Shown piece by piece: positions 40,901-42,416 of a stretch of 42,416 nucleotides of DNA. The notes under the pieces were generated by a model. The model had not been told where the DNA came from. It worked only from the letters and a program-made list of their open reading frames with translations, and ran no database searches. This DNA comes from Ancylonema sp. (Eukaryota). The stretch spans positions 1 to 42,416 of the forward strand of contig JBFLGF010000224.1 in assembly GCA_050230475.1 (NCBI GenBank), in the 5' to 3' direction. The translations under genes were made by a program, and so were the position numbers. Positions within the stretch are counted from its first letter, which is position 1, and each line of letters starts with the position of its first letter.

Positions 40901-42416
40901 TAAACAATTTTTTCGAAATACTATCCTTCCCTAGCCCCTCCCCACCCCTCATCCCCGTGTTGTTGACAATAATTTTCGGCACTATTTTATAATGTTGGAC
41001 CCTGCTGACACACCCTCTTCATCTTCCCACCGATCAGGAGCACCAAATCATGGAAGCCCGTCAGAAGGCAAAAAAGAAGAAAGCAGAAACCGACGAGGCT
41101 AATCGAATAGCTGAAGCAGAAGCAGCGGGCGCTTTTGCTGCCACACCTCAGAAGGACAAAACTATGTCCAATCAGACCTTAAACCCTGCCGCACTCTCTC
41201 GTCCAAAATCGGCTCCGAAGACGACAACGGACAAATCGCCTCGAATCAAATCTCCATCCAAACCCGAGGCCGAGAAAATAGGTACAGGCTCAAAAATCTA
41301 CAAACCAGCCGGTCGAGGCATGAGAACAGTCGCTCTACCAGGAATTTCTGAAATCAGAGCGGAGATGGGAGGGGCTCAAGCAGAGAAACAGTGGCAGAAT
41401 GGGGATGGGAGCAGCCCATCTCCTGCTGTGGCGTCCAGCTCGGAGGGGGGGGAGGGGAGAAGAAGCAGAGTCAAGGGCAAGCTGTCCAGTGTTGCGGAGG
41501 AGGCAAGTGGCAAAGTTCGAGCAGGGGGGGGGGGGGGGCAAGTGGAAGGAGAGGACATAGTACAGAAGGCACCTTCTCGAAAGGCGCCAGCTGTCAAGAA
41601 GTCAAGTGAGGGGGGGAAACAGGGGTTACTCCATGACCCCAAACCGAAGATGCAGGTGGTGAGACGACAGGTGGCGCCGTTGAGGAAGCCCTCAGAACGA
41701 CAGAAAGCAGGCAGAAGGAAGGCTGCCCAGGAAGGCGGGGCAGGGGAGTGTGTTACCACCAGCAGAGGGGAAAAGAAGAGGAAGAAAGCAGCAGGTGGGG
41801 GGGGGCAGAGCACGCATGACATACATTCTTTGTCCTGCCATTCTGCCAAATGCCATACATCCCATCTCCATACTAGTGCCATTTTTGCCACTCTATTGCC
41901 ATACTGCTATTCTGTCTTTCTGCCATTCCGCAAAAGAGACTCATTCTCGCGATTTCTCGTTGTGTTCCAGATTCCCACCCCTTTCTTCCTCCCACCAAGT
42001 CTTGGAAACTGGAAGTGGAACAGACATGTGGCGTATCCCTAGTGGCTGATGCCGCCGCTCTTATTGAGCTGGCAGGCACCCAACCGAGAATGGGTACTCC
42101 GCAGACTCCTGCATGGGTGCCCCCCTCTCAGAGTGGGCAGGGGCGTGTGGAAGGGGTTTCGGGCAATAATGATGAGTCAGAGGCTTGCTGCCTGCCAGAA
42201 CCGTCGTTGGAATCTCCTGAGTACCAACAGAGGGAGTCGGTGCCACCAGCAACGGGGGCTGATGGTGCTCGCACTGACCTGTCCTTTGTTTCTGTTCCGA
42301 TTCATTCGCCCCCCTCCTCCTCCCTTCAAACCTGTCACACATCTCACACCTCCGCACCAGGTCTTCAACCTGAATCCACCTCCACACCTCCCCTCGTGGT
42401 GACCGCCACATCACTG
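37949..42416 (+). CDS. TKI1: TSL-kinase interacting protein 1 (TKI1)/CRAMP1-like SANT/Myb protein; 5' part only, continues past the window
   Basis: Exons 37949-37991, 38495-38599, 39122-39195, 39691-39738, 40026-40135, 40708-40792, 41038-41794, 41971-42264 and 42361->42416 are in phase. SANT domain KRQWAKWTLDEEQQFYTALKAVGKDFGKMAGKISSKTHDQVRHFYYRMVKRVVKLIGPG...LLKWW, and the family motif GVSLVADAA. The first exon is less certain; there is an alternative in-frame ATG at 38479. Confidence 0.88.
38426..38494 (+). repeat. 23-bp unit x3 that triplicates the acceptor of TKI1 intron 1
   Basis: TAGCCTCATGGCAACATATACAG / TAGCCACATGGCAACATCTGTAG / TAGCCACATGGCAACATATGCAG. Confidence 0.9.

Overview
Intron-rich eukaryotic nuclear DNA, most likely from a green alga (Viridiplantae). 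This assignment is inferred from the plant-type TKI1, HAK/KUP and PgiC-type GPI proteins and from short G/C-run-rich introns. Six spliced protein-coding genes were reconstructed by hand with consistent splice phases: prohibitin (-), glucose-6-phosphate isomerase with a predicted 61-aa plastid transit peptide on two distant upstream exons (+), DUSP12/YVH1-type phosphatase (+), TXNDC17/Clot-type thioredoxin (+), HAK/KUP/KT K+ transporter (-) and TSL-kinase-interacting protein 1 (TKI1)-like SANT protein (+, running off the right edge). Intergenic DNA holds several non-autonomous TIR elements, one carrying a 45-copy 8-bp satellite, plus a ~1.2-kb diverged fold-back inverted repeat of an unknown decayed ORF and microsatellites. 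The most notable observations are an inverted, nonsense-mutated copy of the 3' half of TKI1 lying head-to-head with TKI1 itself, an ATG-less 154-codon in-frame extension with a signal-peptide-like segment upstream of TXNDC17, and possible dual targeting of GPI. All homology calls are from motif recognition, not database searches.
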